This document shows, one piece after another, positions 1-12,449 of a stretch of DNA of 64,000 nucleotides (position 1 is its first letter; every line of letters starts with the position of its first letter). A model generated the notes under the pieces. It did no database searches. It worked only from the letters and a program-made list of their open reading frames with translations, and had not been told where the DNA came from. Origin of the DNA: Raillietiella orientalis (taxonomy: Eukaryota). Location: NCBI GenBank assembly GCA_036172245.1, contig JAYWIR010000016.1:1116001-1180000 (forward strand), given 5' to 3'. Position numbers and translations under genes: made by a program.

Positions 1-529
1 ATTAGATTCCAAAACTGCTTTTACAAATTGTTTGCTGATCTCGAAAACGTTGCTTCTTCTTCGAAAGACATCTTTCACTAGAAAAACGATTGTGGCTGTG
101 GCCACAGCAGTGTTCTCAGAGCACAGCAATGCCTTTGGCTCGGTTAAGATTCGGGAGGATAAATGGCAACTGGAATCAGAAATGCCACTGCGCCACGGGC
201 GTTGCACCGAGTTCTCCGTAGAAAATCAAAGCATCCCGTTACCGCTGCAAAAGTTGTGAAGTGCAAGGCGGTTCTTGCGAAATGCACTTTTTGAAATCGC
301 TGCACTTAGCATTTATTACAATGAGACACATTTGGCATTGTGGCATTATCAAAGACCTCAGCCGACGGGATTTGCGATGCGATTCCTGTGGAAAACAGGA
401 CGATGTTAATCCTACGTTACTGGGGTGTGGTGCAATCTGCAAATTGTGTATCTGGAATTATACACAGAGCTCGAAAATATAAACCGTACGAACAAGAAGA
501 AATATGCAGAGTTGATGGTTTTATTGCAG

Positions 530-1950
530 GGAACACGGCAGTATGCAAATTACATCAACAGTGCAGTAAACTATCTGGCCCGTCAGGCGCCACTCTTAAG
601 CGACCTTTATGCATCGGCCATAGCTTGCTTTGCCCTGCATAGAGTAAATCATCCCCTATCTAATGTACTTTTAGAAAAACTGGAGAGATTCGCTAGAACA
701 GAAGGTAATCTGAAATAAGAGACTCACAAGGCTAATTTCATTTAAGATGATATGAGGTACTTTAATTACAACAAAACTTTCCCCAAAAACGCGCCTTGGT
801 TTTCGTCAGCGACTTCATCGGAGATTGAACTGAACAGCTACATACTAATGGTATATTTGGAGAAAGACTACAAACTACAAGCCCAAGAAATGCTTGTTTG
901 GTTATTACATCAAAGAAACAAAAAAGGAACTTTTGACACTGTTCTGGTAAGCCAATATCCTTAAATGCATCTTTAATATCATCCAATAGGCAACCATAGC
1001 AGGACTGGAAGCCATCAGCGCTGCTGCTCCTCTTATGGCGCCAACGTCAGCAGAAGTCAGCATTCATCAAGATAACATTCTTAAGAAAAACATATTCTTG
1101 TCGAAAACATCTCCACTGAACTACCTTTCGCATAAAGTAAAGTGCCCAAAATCAGAACTTGTAAATTTCCTTTCCACAGCTTGATTCAACCAAAAATATC
1201 CTGATTAAGGCCAGAGGTAAAGGTCATGCCATCCTTGAGATCACCCTTTCGTATTCCCTGAATGTGAGTGGGGCCTATCCCTCATTCAAATTGGATCCCC
1301 AAGTGGACAAAAATTCAGATCGCTATTATTTGCAAATGAGTATTTGCACAAGGTACATGCAATCTCAAGAAACACATATTAAACATCTTTTAAGTTTTAA
1401 TGAAAAAGCGTCGTCAAACATGGTCATCATGGATGTTTCTTTGCCGTCGGGATTCACAGCTGACCAAGAGATAATACATGGTATCGATCGAAAGTACTGG
1501 GATGACATTAAACTCGTAGAAACTAAAAATCGTGGGCAAGGTTTCTTTATTTACTTTGAAAAGGTAACGACATGAAAAACGCAAAATTGTACACAGTTCT
1601 ACATTTAGCTAAATGAGACGGAGGTGTGTGCAACCGTTTCTGGTTACCGCACACATCTGGTAGCCCATCAGCAACCAGTAGCTGTGAAGGTGTATGACTA
1701 CTACAACATCAGTAAGTAATCTGCAAATTTGACGATGATGTCACTGCGATAATCCTTTTTAGCTCGCCAGGCACGTATTTTCTATCAACCAGAGATTACC
1801 TCTGTTTGTGAGATCTGTCAGCCACCATGTTCATTGGGAAAATGCTCTATATCGAGCAAACTGGAAAAAAACGAAATGACATCAGGAAGCAATAGTCCCT
1901 TAATTCACTTATCGCTACTTTCCATACCTCTATTTGTTTCCTGGAAGTAG
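530..1950 (+). CDS. CD109-like thioester-containing protein (TEP/alpha-2-macroglobulin family), 3' part; the 5' part lies outside the window
   Basis: Exons 530-704, 747-946, 990-1136, 1180-1352, 1395-1563, 1609-1712, 1763-1950 with 42-50 bp GT-AG introns. Motifs IELNSYILM, YPSFKLDPQVDKNS, SNMVIMDVSLPSGF, VKVYDYY (A2M receptor-binding domain), SVCEIC, and a C-terminal SGS plus hydrophobic tail resembling a GPI signal. Stop TAG at 1948-1950. Confidence 0.92.
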
Positions 1951-4900
1951 TTACTCTGTTTTTTCAGTTTTTTTTCGTTTTTTAATCATATTCCACAAGA
2001 CATCCCATAACCCCTTCTTCTCAGAGCTTCCAACTACCAATCTACACAGAATTTCAGATGATCCATACCAACATACTGACCTATTTGTAGTCAGGTTATG
2101 AATAGGTCCAAATGCTAAAGCTATGGCTGTACAAGCTAAACAAATAACATTGTATGGCATGCTGAAATCTGGAGTGGCTAATGCAATCAGGAGAACGTCT
2201 GTGTGCAATTCAAGAACTGATTGAGATGTACTATGGAAGATGTTTCCAATAGGTTTATATAAGCAAACACTTACTTAATCAAAAAACTCTTACTGCAAGG
2301 CTGAATTGGAAACTGATAAGGAAGTGATGCAAAAATTAAGGAGGCACCTAGGTATAGACCATGGTGTGCATCTGGCGGGTGTTCCAACCAACTCAGAAAA
2401 GCTTTGTCAAATTTAATGGATACCTGTGTCACAGACAAGGCAGGGAGTTGCAAAACCAGATTCAGTACATAAGGACGTTGGCGATCTTTGCCAGGCACAA
2501 AGGTTTTTGAGACTACCAAGCAAATCACAAGGATTGTTCATGTGGCTACGTACTTGGCAAGAGCTGCTGACCATTACTTTCAATAACTAAAGAGTAATAA
2601 TAACAATGAAGAAACCACGGGATGGACTCCAGAAGTTGAATCGTGATATCCACATCATGGTCATTACGCAATATAGTGACTAGACCCCCAGTTTCTAATC
2701 CATAACCTTATCATTTAAAGCAAAGGAGCTCATGTTATGTGTTACCATAGTTACTATACCAGAAACAAATCGAGTAGCAGATAATTTGGGAACTTCTGGA
2801 GAATATACGCTAGCCTTATTTGTACTGACTTTTATGTCAAGACTTGTAGATTTTGTTTTTTCTTTGAGATCATAATAATGCATATGCAATGTACCATCAG
2901 GATGATAAAAATCTTCTACAGCAGTTGCTTTCGGTGTCAAACTGTAATTTCCGTTGCGCTGTTTGAAAAGATCCATGCAATAAATAAAAAACCAGAGGTA
3001 ATGAACCACTTGCCTGAATAAATAAAACACTACTCTGGTTGGCTAATGGACAAGCTTCATGCAAAGCAGCATTGAAAAGTGTTCGCAGAACCTTGTTTGG
3101 TTTATTTGCTGATACCTTCCAGTTGTGAACAACACTTAATGTCAAATTTAATTCTTGGTTCAATCTGTTGGCACAGGACAAATCCTCCTTTAGAAAAGAT
3201 GTCATTTTTTCACCAATGCATAATTTCTTACTTCACAATGCACATAGTCTATTCCAACAGAATTATATTTAGAATCTAGTAATCTTAAAGCTGATAATAA
3301 TGATGAAATACCCTGAAAGAAAGTGAACTGTGAGGAATCATAACAACTCAAAGAAATGTGTTCAACACAAACAAACAAACTTTCTTATGATGAATTTTCA
3401 GTTTCTGTTCAAGACAGTTTGTTCTGGATCGAGTTGGCACCGAAAGTTGTAAACCTGGAGGCACCTTGGCAGTATGTTTGTTCACAGGAAAAATTTAATT
3501 TTTACTTCAAGGTACTAATAAACAACATTTTTTTTTTTTTGGTTACATAAGCTTCATTGTGATAAAATAAAATTTATCCGGTTATACAGAATCGCTTTTA
3601 TTCAGTTGTCATTTTTACTCTGTACGCCTTTAGTGTGATTTTGATTTCATTTCCGTTTTATATTAGAACATTACAAGCATTTGAGTAAAATATCAAACAC
3701 ATGAAAAAACACTAATTAGCTTAGACAATTATGAGATCAGTTGATTGATCCCATTACTGTGTGATCAGGTACATGCGACAGGTACATACTGTGAACTGCT
3801 CAAGACGACATAACTAAAGTGATCCTCTCCAAACCAAATTGAAACACTAAATGATAGATTACAACAATGTAATGTACAGGTGCTATCTTCCATAATGTCT
3901 TTTTTCATATTCCTTTCTGCTTTCTCACCATGAAGCAGTATGCATATTGTTTCATGGAATGCTTGTTTAAGTTCAAACGAATTTCCAAGTTTGATCCTCT
4001 TATTCTTAAATCAGTATCCCACTTTCCTTGGGCTAAACTTGTTATCAAATACAGAAGCTGAGAATGTATTTAGATCGATTTTCTCTAAATCTGCATTTGT
4101 TAATCAAGTATGTGCTCCTGCTTGACTGATTAACAGTGAAATCATGATACTGTTTACGCTTGCCTCTGTGTCAACGTATTTATGACAGACTTTGTAAGAT
4201 TTAGTAAATCCCCAAACCCAGATTCCAAATGCATGTATAGTGTCACTTTCAAGTGACAACTTTTAACCAAAGACTGCATTCTACAATTGAATAGTACGCT
4301 TATTTTTAGAACTTTATTAGTTTTTAAGCCTGAAAAATCCATTTTTCAAATTAATTCTCCCACAGATCTCAGGTAAAACAAGAAAATACATTGAGATTAT
4401 TGTGTTCCTATTATTTATATAACATTTCATATTTAAGCTCAGTCAAAACAAAGAAGATTGACTCTTGATTCAGTCTTCTTTGTCTCCAAAAATGGCAAGG
4501 AAAGTACTGTGATATTGGACAACTTTATTCCAGAATGGATTCTGAACCTCCTAAATAGCTGGCAAAGAAAGACAGATCACAAAATGTGAGCCACATAAAA
4601 TCTAACGTGTGTATTATGTAATTTTTGTTGATGACTGTGATTTAGCAGCCACAATTCAGGTATTTAAGTGATATAATTTAAATAACATAACTTACATTTG
4701 ACTCACAGGGCAATAATTTCCTCCAAGGGGTTAAGTTTTCTGTACACACTATTTCCTTTGGAAGTGTTGAATACCTTGTAGTATTAAAATTGATTTTACG
4801 ATTATGCTTATCAAATAATATTGGAGTAATTGTCTGCACTAGAGTCATAGTATTCAGAGAAGCACAGAGCAACCCAGAAAGGGAATTTGTTGCTGCAATC

Positions 4901-5403
4901 CATGATTCATCAATTCTAAAATTATGCACAATTCAGATTTGTTATATTCTTAGGTGCACATATTACGTTTTGTTACTGGTCTCAAAAAAGGAAATCCACA
5001 ACTCTGCTCCGGGAGGCGCACTTCTTAAAGGAAAGCCCCAAGTATACTTCCAAGATCCTTGTGTCAGACTTAGATGTAATTCCTTTATGTGGTGATATGA
5101 AAGAATTTCACCCAAAGAACGTGGGAATAACTCAAAGATAGAGTCTACAAAAACAAAAACATCATTTTTAAATAACTGCCAAATAAACCTATGGTGGCAA
5201 TAAGGAACTGAAATACTACCTTTTGATATTAAATCTGATTTGTAGGTCGCATCTTCTGAGAATTCTTGAAATGTGAAACTAAAAAGGGACAGGGTTTCAT
5301 GTGAAGTAACTGGAGAAAGTATTAACTTTTCATTGAACACCTCATAACCTTCAACAAGAATCAGGGAAAAACACAAACACAACGTATGATGAATAATTTC
5401 CAT
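1951..5403 (-). CDS. PIGT: GPI transamidase component PIG-T (Gpi16)
   Basis: Exons 5403-5220, 5144-4967, 4915-4696, 3312-3232, 3187-3014, 2958-2760, 2706-2554, 2512-2275, 2230-2081, 2041-1951. Signal peptide; motifs LFPRSLGEIL, ELHLSLTQGSW, APPGAELW, LSGLLCASLN, LPKEIVCTENLTPWRKLLPC, PGKDRQRP, EHPPDAHHG, LATPDFSMPYNVICLACT. Confidence 0.96.
3985..4200 (-). pseudogene. Degenerate homeobox-like relic in the large PIGT intron
   Basis: Minus frame reads HT*LTNADLEKIDLNTFSASVFDNKFSPRKVGY*FKNKRIK; the end resembles homeodomain helix 3 (VxxWFxNxR). Upstream TVS*FH lies in another frame. Contains stops and a frameshift. Confidence 0.4.
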
Positions 5404-8269
5404 GTTGACTCAAATGTCAGCTCTGATCACATGCTGAGTTGTTAAAAAATCCAGGAATCACTCCAGAAGAAATTAGATGATAATCATAAAGCACTTGAAT
5501 GGAAGTAGGGGAGAATGATGGCAAAAATGAATTGCATTTCTTTGTAAGAATCAGTTTGATAATTACTATGATGTGGAAATCCACATCCAGTTCTATCTTC
5601 AAAAGAATTCAACCATCTTCAATCTTTTTTTCCATGCTGGGCATTTTCAGTATACATGTCGGTCTTTCTCTTTCAATCAACACCTTTGAAATCAAGAAAC
5701 AGATCACATGTGCAACATTACATGGATTTTAGACTTGACAAATAAAAACTGCTTGACTCCAGATAACTGAAATTATCTGAATAAATGAGGATAATGAGCA
5801 AACATAATCTGAACAAGTCATTTCATGGATAGCTACGGTTACATCAACATACACCTTTGGCGTCCGAAACCCCAGTTTACAGAAATTAGGGAACGAGGTA
5901 CAAAATGGCCAGCATTGTAAAATCCTTTGGAGGATCCAAATGTGCAAATTTTTTTTTCTCAAGCACGCACGTATTTGAAAGTGGAAAAAGGAAATTTTGT
6001 GGAAAATTTTCGATGATTTGTCTTTGCAATCGATTAAATCAATTCCCTATTATATCCCCGAGGGCAGTGGCAGCATGCCCAGCGAAGTGCCTTGCAAGAG
6101 AAACTGGTTATTAAGGAATATGACTGGAAAAAAAAAAAAAAAAAAAAAAGGCAGGAAACTTGAAGCCCACGGATTCGAAATTCATGATAAGGCTACACTT
6201 GAAAGAGATCTCTCTATGTGTTCGAACATCAAATCCCGGTTTCTTTACCTCCGCGGCTGCAGCTGGCACGACCCGCTGCCGGGGTGCCACTCCGGTGCCT
6301 GCAGCCAAGTCATGCAAAGAGATGCTGCAGTAACAAGTCACCTGGTACGAAAAGGAAAATACCCAACCGAGTTTCCAATTTTTCGAGATTCAGGCAGGTT
6401 CTTTCGACCCCCCCCTCTGAAATTCCCTTGGCCACAAACCTTTCTGTTGTGTAAAACTAACAAATCCGCTCTTGGAGCTTTTCCAGCAATGCAAAGCACG
6501 TGTCCACCCTCAAGATTTGCCTTACACTCTTGAAATGTGAAAACACAACTGAGAACCCAATTTTTTGTACGTGTGTGTGTGTGTTATTTCATTGCATGAC
6601 ATGAAAACGTGCAAATTGCCTTCCTCTGCATGAGGCTCAAAGAGGGGGATGGAAGGGGGAGGGGAGAAGGGTCTGCATGCAGGTGTGCATTAGTTGCACA
6701 AGTGTTCTTAGGGGGAAACTGCGCAGGGAGGTGCATCCCTCGACTGGAAATCGTTGCAATCTGATGAAACCTCTCCCAATCTTGTACCTTCTAGTGAGGG
6801 GACCTCTTGTATCACTCCAAGTTAAAATACAAAGCCAGATGTCATGAGTGATCGACAAAAAAATCTCGACTGAATTTTCCTTTTTCTTTTTTTACTAATT
6901 AATATGAATCTTCATCGTCTATGGATCAGCATACGTGTCTTTTGAAGTTAACATGAAGCAAGCAAAATGATAACAGACGTTTTTTCCGTACCTTCACCTG
7001 TAGTTTCTTATCTAACAGTAGAGTTTCTAGAGTGTAGAGTATGGTGACATCGGTCTATAATACTTTCGATACTTTTGTTTAAAAATATATTACGTGGCAA
7101 ACTTTTTATCATTTAAAATACAGAATCTGCTATTTCATGTAATGTATTTCGAAGCATGAGTGAATGTCTTATCGATTTCCCACTCGTGTTTTACCTCCTT
7201 AAAAGATCCTCCTTCAATCACGAAAATAATTTCGTTTATATGCGAAATTATTTCCAACACCTATCAGAATTTTGCTGATGGTTTTTAATTGACATTTCAA
7301 ATCACTACAGTAATTTTCGAATCCAATAATCGGATTCTTAACGGATTAACTTCTCTGATACAAAGCGTTCACAGAGAGATACATTAGAACATTTTACAAT
7401 AACAAAATGATAACTTGAAAGTAATGTTATAAAAGAGTCATAAAGAAATGCTTTAGATTTATGAACCTTCTTCCACTTGAGTAAAAAGTGTGAAAGCCAT
7501 TGCAATGGCATTAGGTGTCTATGCATGCAGTTCAAGTAAGGAGATAAAAATAGGTGGATTGGTTTGTCCAAGAGTCAAAACCTTAAAAAGATCCAACTGA
7601 GCACATTAATAATTAAAGATAAAGACCCTGCAACTGAAATCCAGTGACCCTATCTCTGGTTATAGCATCAAACATGAAAACAGTATGCAAACCGCTGCAT
7701 TTGAAAGGAGAAAAAATCTTTAAATGCTTCCTAATGTGAAGAATACACATGGTGAACAAAGCCAAATTCAAAGATGAGTCCATGAACTGTTGCTTTTGCC
7801 ACAAAGGAAACGAAAAACGTTAATGACACGTTGCTTTCCTTTCTTTTAAAAAAAATAAAAACATTAATGAGCAGATGATTTCAGTCTTAGCATTTTTAAT
7901 AAACTAATGTTATTCTGGATCGCAGCTTGTTTTTGCATGCGGTTTCAAAAAAGCTCAATGATTTCCTTATCCAGATCAAGGAAGAGAGTGTTTCTCTGTT
8001 TTTAATTATTGAAATCACTTTCGGAATGTTTCATGAAGGGTAGAACCTTTATCAGTTCCCAATCTTATTAGTAAGTATCGGAATTCAAAAAGGAATTAGA
8101 CATTGACATCGATGATTTACAGCCCTGAGTAGAACCACCGATGATTTAGAACCGAAAAAAAACCACCTGCATCCGAGCGGCGATTCGCGTCCCGTCCGCC
8201 CTCCGTTCTCCGTTCTTGGGTGCGATCCGCTACCTCCCTCGCCTGACTGGGAGGAGGAGGTTCCCCCTG

Positions 8270-9070
8270 ATGTGGGGTGTGGGCCGCCTCGGGCGATTCT
8301 GGCGTCATCGTGGAGTCCAGAGGGAGGGCTGAGGAGGACTCTGAGGATCTTCGTTGCTCTCATGGACCCTGCAGCTTCAAGCGCGCTAATAAACAGAGCA
8401 GGGGGATCACTCTGAGGGAAAGAGGAAGACCCACTGCGATCGCCGCGATTCCACTAGTCCTCGCAGCAGCAGATTCCCTTCCTTCCCACCCGTGTGTTGC
8501 ACAAGAAGGTCAGGAGGATCTGCGAGAAGCTCCTCAGGGTGGAGATCCCGTAGTGGACGAGGTCGCTGCACCTGGGCCACATGGTTGTACGAGTGCAGCG
8601 CTGCATTGTTCAGGCGGTGGTACCTGACCTGAAGTTTGTGACACTAGGTCCTCGAAATGACGTAGGACTCGATGGGATCGTCCAGCTGCCAGACCACGGG
8701 GAGACCGGCGGAGAGGTTCTGAACGATCCCCTCTATCCTGCCGGGATCCCGCGCATTTCTTGGCGCCTCCTTGCACTCGATGGCCTACTGCGGTCCAAAG
8801 TCTAGAAGGGGGAACGAAGGAGCGTCTCTGAAGGAGGCCTGAGCACCAGCTGGTCCAGGTAACCGGTGGCAGTTGCCTCCATGCAGGGTGTGTGCTTGTA
8901 GAGCAGGCGGAGAGCGACGCCATGCCAGCCGCTCAGGACTCACCGCACTCTGATGTCTTCGTGGACCTTGTTGCTCTTCTCCACAAGCTCGATCACGTCA
9001 ATCTCTTCCCAGGTGCCCACCGAGGACAGTCGGATACTCATGGCACTGCGGTCGCAGACGAGCTTGGGAG
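8270..9070 (-). pseudogene. Cyclic-nucleotide phosphodiesterase (class I, PDE7-like) catalytic-domain relic
   Basis: LSSVGTWEEIDVIEL (cf. LEKVGNWNFDIF), then after a GT-AG intron GLPVVWQLDD...*CHKLQVRYHRLNNAALHSYNHVAQV (cf. GLIEYFHLD...[20 protein letters not shown]). In-frame TAG stops, a frameshift, and no intact HD motif. Confidence 0.55.
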
Positions 9071-10759
9071 AACGCGATCGTCTTGCTCCTAAGCCTGAAG
9101 TCCCCGAGGAGAAGACGAAAGATGAGTCTTCCGCGCTGCAGGAGCACCTGCCGATGTCCCCACGGCCCGTACCACAGGAGGGAAGGGGGAAAAGGGGGAG
9201 GAGATAGGGGGAGGAAGTGGATCTGCAGCTCCTCGCCGGTCTCCACTCCGCGGTTGAATGATACCATAAAGGCGAGATGAAAGACCAATATGTGGAGCAT
9301 ATCGTGAAAGCTAAGCTGAGTGCATCATCTGAACCAGTGTATTGTTTTTGTAATGATCACAAAGGATACTTTTTTTTTTCTTTTACTCATTCAGCGATCA
9401 AGAAATACATACTTCTTCTACCACAGTTTTTCTTCTTAATGTGACCCAATTGATAATAAGCCTCACAATCATCAGAGTCATAGTAATAATCCGAAAGAGG
9501 ATAGTGATCATCTAGCTACCATTAATACCAAATGGCGAAGTATCTAATTGAGGCTTGCTGTTGGGATTTCGTGAGAACAGTCGCTGATCTCCAGTTTCCT
9601 CCTTGATTCCTTCCTTGTCCTTCCATCCGTGCTACGATGATTTGGCTGGTCCTCGCTAGGAAAAGCAAATCCGTTTCCAGAGCCTTATGAAGAGGTCGAG
9701 AAGAACTTTACAGAAAAATGAAAAGGGAATCCCCAAGCTTATCACTCTGCTACCATCTTGAAGGCGATTGTAGGATCATTCATAACCCAGTTCAGAGTCA
9801 TTTCACAAAAACAGCAATTCCAAAGTCTCTGGAATTTTCGATCCTAATGACTCCCGGCACTCATTCCCTGGCTCATCAGCTTCCCGAGAGAGGAAAGGTA
9901 GAGAAAGAAGAGGAGGAGGAAAATCCGAGTCGTTCCGCTCTCCAAAGTTCTCGACATCGATTTCGATCATCTCTCCGTTCAAGAGACATGGATAAAGAGA
10001 ATTCGAACAAAAGAATAAAAAAATAAATAAAAGCAGAGATCCAGAGATCGCATTCTCGAAGATCTCATTAGGAAGCTGACAAGATCCTGATCTCATCCTC
10101 ATATCTAGTCGCAGTACCCAACTGATGTAGTAAGTCATCAAGACCAGCTCCATTCTTGTTAAGTGGTCATGAATGTGCATGCATTGCCCCAAATCGGAAG
10201 CTGGAAGGTCGTGATTCCGAGTACGTTCACGAAGAGTCAGACTCAAAGTAGCAATGCACAGCATCCATTTCTGTTCTTCCTCATGAGGGACCTGAAGTGA
10301 GCAAGGATACCAGAGAAACAGTGTTTGGGTTTTGGCACACAACAGCAGTATAACACGGAGCAACTGAATCTCTAGGTTTCCATGACTGAAGTGACCCCGA
10401 AATTCTTGCCTCCCCAAAATAAGTACTTGGAGAGGTACTTACACCGACTCCTCTTTGCAGAGGGGGTGTTGACCTCGAGGAAATCGCACAAGTGTGACGT
10501 AAAGGGGAGAGTCAAGACGAGAGTGTAGTCGATTGTCCATAGAAGATTCTGGTAGGCGAGTTTGGAGTCTCGTCTCCGAAGGTTCTCCCTGAACGAACTG
10601 AAGACGAGTTCACATTCCATGGTGGAGAAAAGACGCTCGCGTGGCTCTTACAAGAGCAGCTCCACAAAAGAAGGGAGGGGGGGTCACTTTTAAGAGCAAT
10701 ATGCGTTGAGAGTTCACCTATAGCTTAGCACCATCCAAGATCATTCCAGTGAGGCATGA

Positions 10760-11650
10760 CGATCCCTGATTGATGGACACCCTAGTCAGGGAGAGACCAT
10801 GCCCTGCACCTTGCTGCACCGGCGTGTAGTCATTTCCGCTTCCGCTGTGGTTATTCGCGTTTAGTTCACTATGAGTTTATCCACGTCACGAGTCTACTGC
10901 CTATCTGAGGAGCAGTCAGGAACCAGATGGGTAGGTGAGGGGTCAATCTCACTGTGGGAATGCCTGATATGGAAAGAAATGTTGCCACTCACCTTAAATC
11001 ACCGAATGCAGCGTCCTCAACTCTGTGCCAGGAGGCGCGACACTTGACTGATTGCTGCGTCGAGATGGCAATGCACGAACGATGGGAGATCCTCGTCAGC
11101 AATCAGGGGACACTCAGTCGTCTCTATGGCGTGACCCAGTCCTAAGCGAGCCGAATCGTGATGGCGCACGCACGTTGCAGATTCGAATGCGAACCAGCAG
11201 CGCTCGTGGAAACCCTTGGAAGAAAAAAAAAAGGAAAACATTGGGACTCTTCGGTCTCAGGGACCCGAGCGTCGTATCTCAAGATCACCATCAGGTCGCC
11301 GTGATCCTGGCGTTCCAAGACCGTCACTGTTTTGCAAGATCTGAAAATCTGAAGAGCACACATGAACCAGTTCTGTTTTGAGAGAAAAGATGGATTACGT
11401 TGAATAAAGAGTCGAGGATCTTTGCCATCTCCATCATCCTCAGCAGCAAGGCGATGATGTTATCCAGCATCTAACACAACCGGGTCATTTATAGGAAGCA
11501 GCGATAGAGCACCTCCAAGTGACTGAACTCTGACCTACATCGTCTAGTGGCCACAAGAGGATCGATCCTTAGATTCCTCGCTACGACAAAACTCAAGGAA
11601 GGGAGCTCGAGAAACGAAGGAAGGATGACTCATCCTGGCCCTTTGCCCGA
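10760..11650 (+). mobile_element. Highly decayed L1/Tx1-like non-LTR retrotransposon RT fragment
   Basis: Disrupted frames with ILVSNQGTLSRL (post-YADD-like), LNKESRIFAISIILSSKAM (cf. LSLxGRxxxINSxxxSK) and TKLKEGS (cf. PKxEGGLG); many stops. Confidence 0.4.
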
Positions 11651-11779
11651 GCGCTCCTGCGAATCTGTGGAGAGACTGGCATAACCAAGGGTTTCTCTGT
11701 TCAAATTCTTCGTGCCTACAGGGACGACGAGACGTCGCCTATGAAATACAGGAGAAAAAAGGATATCCGCAAGCAGCCG

Positions 11780-12330
11780 GGAAGAATCGATGTGACTGCT
11801 TACATTGCTCTTCCTTCCCTAGCGAGAACCCAGCTGAGTTCTGAGGTTCTGATGGTTGCCTCTCGTCAAAGCGAATATTTTCTGCAGAGTTCTCCATGTC
11901 CCTCTTGCCTGGAAGCGTCAGTCCAAGGCTGCTCGAGAAATCCAAAGGTTTTTAGGCAAACTCTTGCCTCGTCTCGAGCTGTTCTCCAAACTCAGCAGCT
12001 TGGGAGAATTAGCAAGCCGGTTCGGAGTAAGCTGCATCGGAGAAAACGTCAAGCACACGCAAAGCCCAAGTTAGCAATGATCCCAATGCTGAAATCTCCG
12101 AAATCGTGGGATTAAAAGAGAAAGTGACTGGGATTCCTTGCCGTATTGTAGGTTTTTCAGTCTTCGGTGTTGATGTCCCCCATAGCTTGAGCTTTTAATC
12201 GCAAGCGACTTAAAATTGTTCACAATGCTTTCGGAAAAATTAGTCGCCTAAGGAGCACTTCTCCGTGATGTTCCTTATCCTGGAGAGTGTCGTGATGCTT
12301 TTGTTGCCTCTAAGAGACCAAATCAACAGG
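11780..12330 (+). pseudogene. Dynein heavy chain relic block: extreme C-terminus
   Basis: RTQLSSEVL...LQSSP...VQGCSRN (cf. IDKLSFDFEV...PP...LEGARWD) and FLILESVVMLL (cf. HWILRGVALL). Weak alone; supported by its position in the block series. Confidence 0.4.
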
Positions 12331-12449
12331 CAGAAAAAATTGCAATCCCTTCGCCAGAATGGGAAAACTGGAACTCAAGTATAATTAGACAATTAGTCCT
12401 TGTGGATAGACTTTTAAAAATTTTTCCACAACTATAATTTACCTATATT

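Noticed and set aside
5417..5602. Minus ORF ending 13 bp before the PIGT ATG (operon-like spacing)
   Set aside because: No recognisable protein or splice model; probably UTR or promoter sequence.
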